Shown: in pieces, positions 39,622-40,012 of the stretch
How the letters are laid out: each line of letters opens with the position of its first letter
How positions within the stretch are numbered: the stretch's first letter is position 1
DNA from: a virus
Direction: 5' to 3' (one strand)
Length of the DNA stretch: 40,012 nt
IMG/VR virus record: IMGVR_UViG_3300045391_003027
Translations under genes and position numbers: made by a program
The notes under the pieces: generated by a model
Databases searched by the model: none
Told to the model about the DNA's origin: nothing
Seen by the model: only the letters and a program-made list of their open reading frames with translations

Positions 39622-40012
39622 TCGGCATCCGTGGGCGGCGGGCTGGGCTCGGTGTCGTGCTGTAGCAGCTTGTCGATGGAGTAGAAGCAAGTCGGCTTGT
39701 TGAGCGGGATGCGTGTGCGGAGCACGACGGTGTCGGCGGCCTGGTTACCGTCGCAGCTCGTGAATGTGCCCGCGTCGGGGTCGACGCTGATGACGACGGC
39801 GTGGTGACGGTAGGGCCTGTCGTAGTAGGCAATGTCGCCGGGATCCGGCAGACGCGTCTTGGCCCAAGGCACATTGGGACCGAGCTTGTCGAGGCGCTGC
39901 TCCTCGCAGAAGCCGCCGCCGCTGCGCCAAAACACGGCCAGGGCGATGCCGGACTCATGCAGCCCCCAAAGGCAGAAGAGGCCGCACCACTCCTTTTCCT
40001 TGTCGGTGTCGG
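39618..40012 (-). CDS. Endolysin, C-terminal part (CHAP/NlpC-P60-like); the joined product is about 176 aa
   Basis: The ORF is open to the right edge and stops with TGA at 39620-39618. The tail ...GDIAYYDRPYRHHAVVISVDPDAGTFTSCDGNQ fits the His and Asn/Asp half of a Cys-His papain-like amidase. Confidence 0.6.
   Translation of the reverse strand, partial: DTDKEKEWCGLFCLWGLHESGIALAVFWRSGGGFCEEQRLDKLGPNVPWAKTRLPDPGDIAYYDRPYRHHAVVISVDPDAGTFTSCDGNQAADTVVLRTRIPLNKPTCFYSIDKLLQHDTEPSPPPTDAE
39950..40012. repeat. Terminal 63-nt direct repeat, copy 2 (identical to 1-63)
   Basis: Direct comparison of both window ends gives 63/63 identity. Confidence 0.95.

Overview
This high-GC 40,012-nt window is one complete temperate tailed-phage genome. 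Its first 63 nt (1-63) are identical to its last 63 nt (39950-40012). Joining the ends gives a unit of about 39,949 bp that is circularly closed or circularly permuted.

Layout:
(1) A long minus-strand late operon runs 22546 -> 439 and continues through the junction, 199 -> 39080. It encodes a portal (T7-type by motif recollection), scaffold, capsid, small head/neck proteins, an adaptor-like protein, a beta-helix tailspike and a 1044-aa nozzle-like protein. These are followed by three large Ala/Gln-rich internal-virion or ejection-like proteins, one ending in a peptidase-S74-like intramolecular-chaperone module. Then come a LamG-like fibre, a SASA-esterase fibre and a lysis region. The lysis region holds a CHAP/NlpC-P60-like endolysin split by the window edge, plus two tail-anchored membrane proteins.
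(2) A lone plus-strand large terminase lies at 22594-24162.
(3) A minus-strand early/lysogeny gene chain runs 33120 -> 24187. It includes Cro-like and HTH proteins, T5orf172, an Xis-like protein and a tyrosine integrase with an attP-like region carrying a tRNA 3' fragment. It also includes RuvC, a replication organiser containing a 10-bp-phased GTSAC array, a GroES-like protein and a TerS-like protein.
(4) A CI-like repressor (33165-33560) is bracketed by two inverted copies of a 32-bp palindromic operator.
(5) A plus-strand early-right operon runs 33833 -> 39008. It has six small ORFs, a FEN(5'-3' exonuclease)-RecT fusion, and a protein with about 33 tandem 12-bp units encoding (Q-L-x-S)n.

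Genes are chained by many ATGA/GTGA start-stop overlaps. The ORF track translates TTG/GTG starts as M and takes the longest ORF, so several starts were re-set by me. All family assignments come from motifs read by eye and remembered family signatures. No searches were run.
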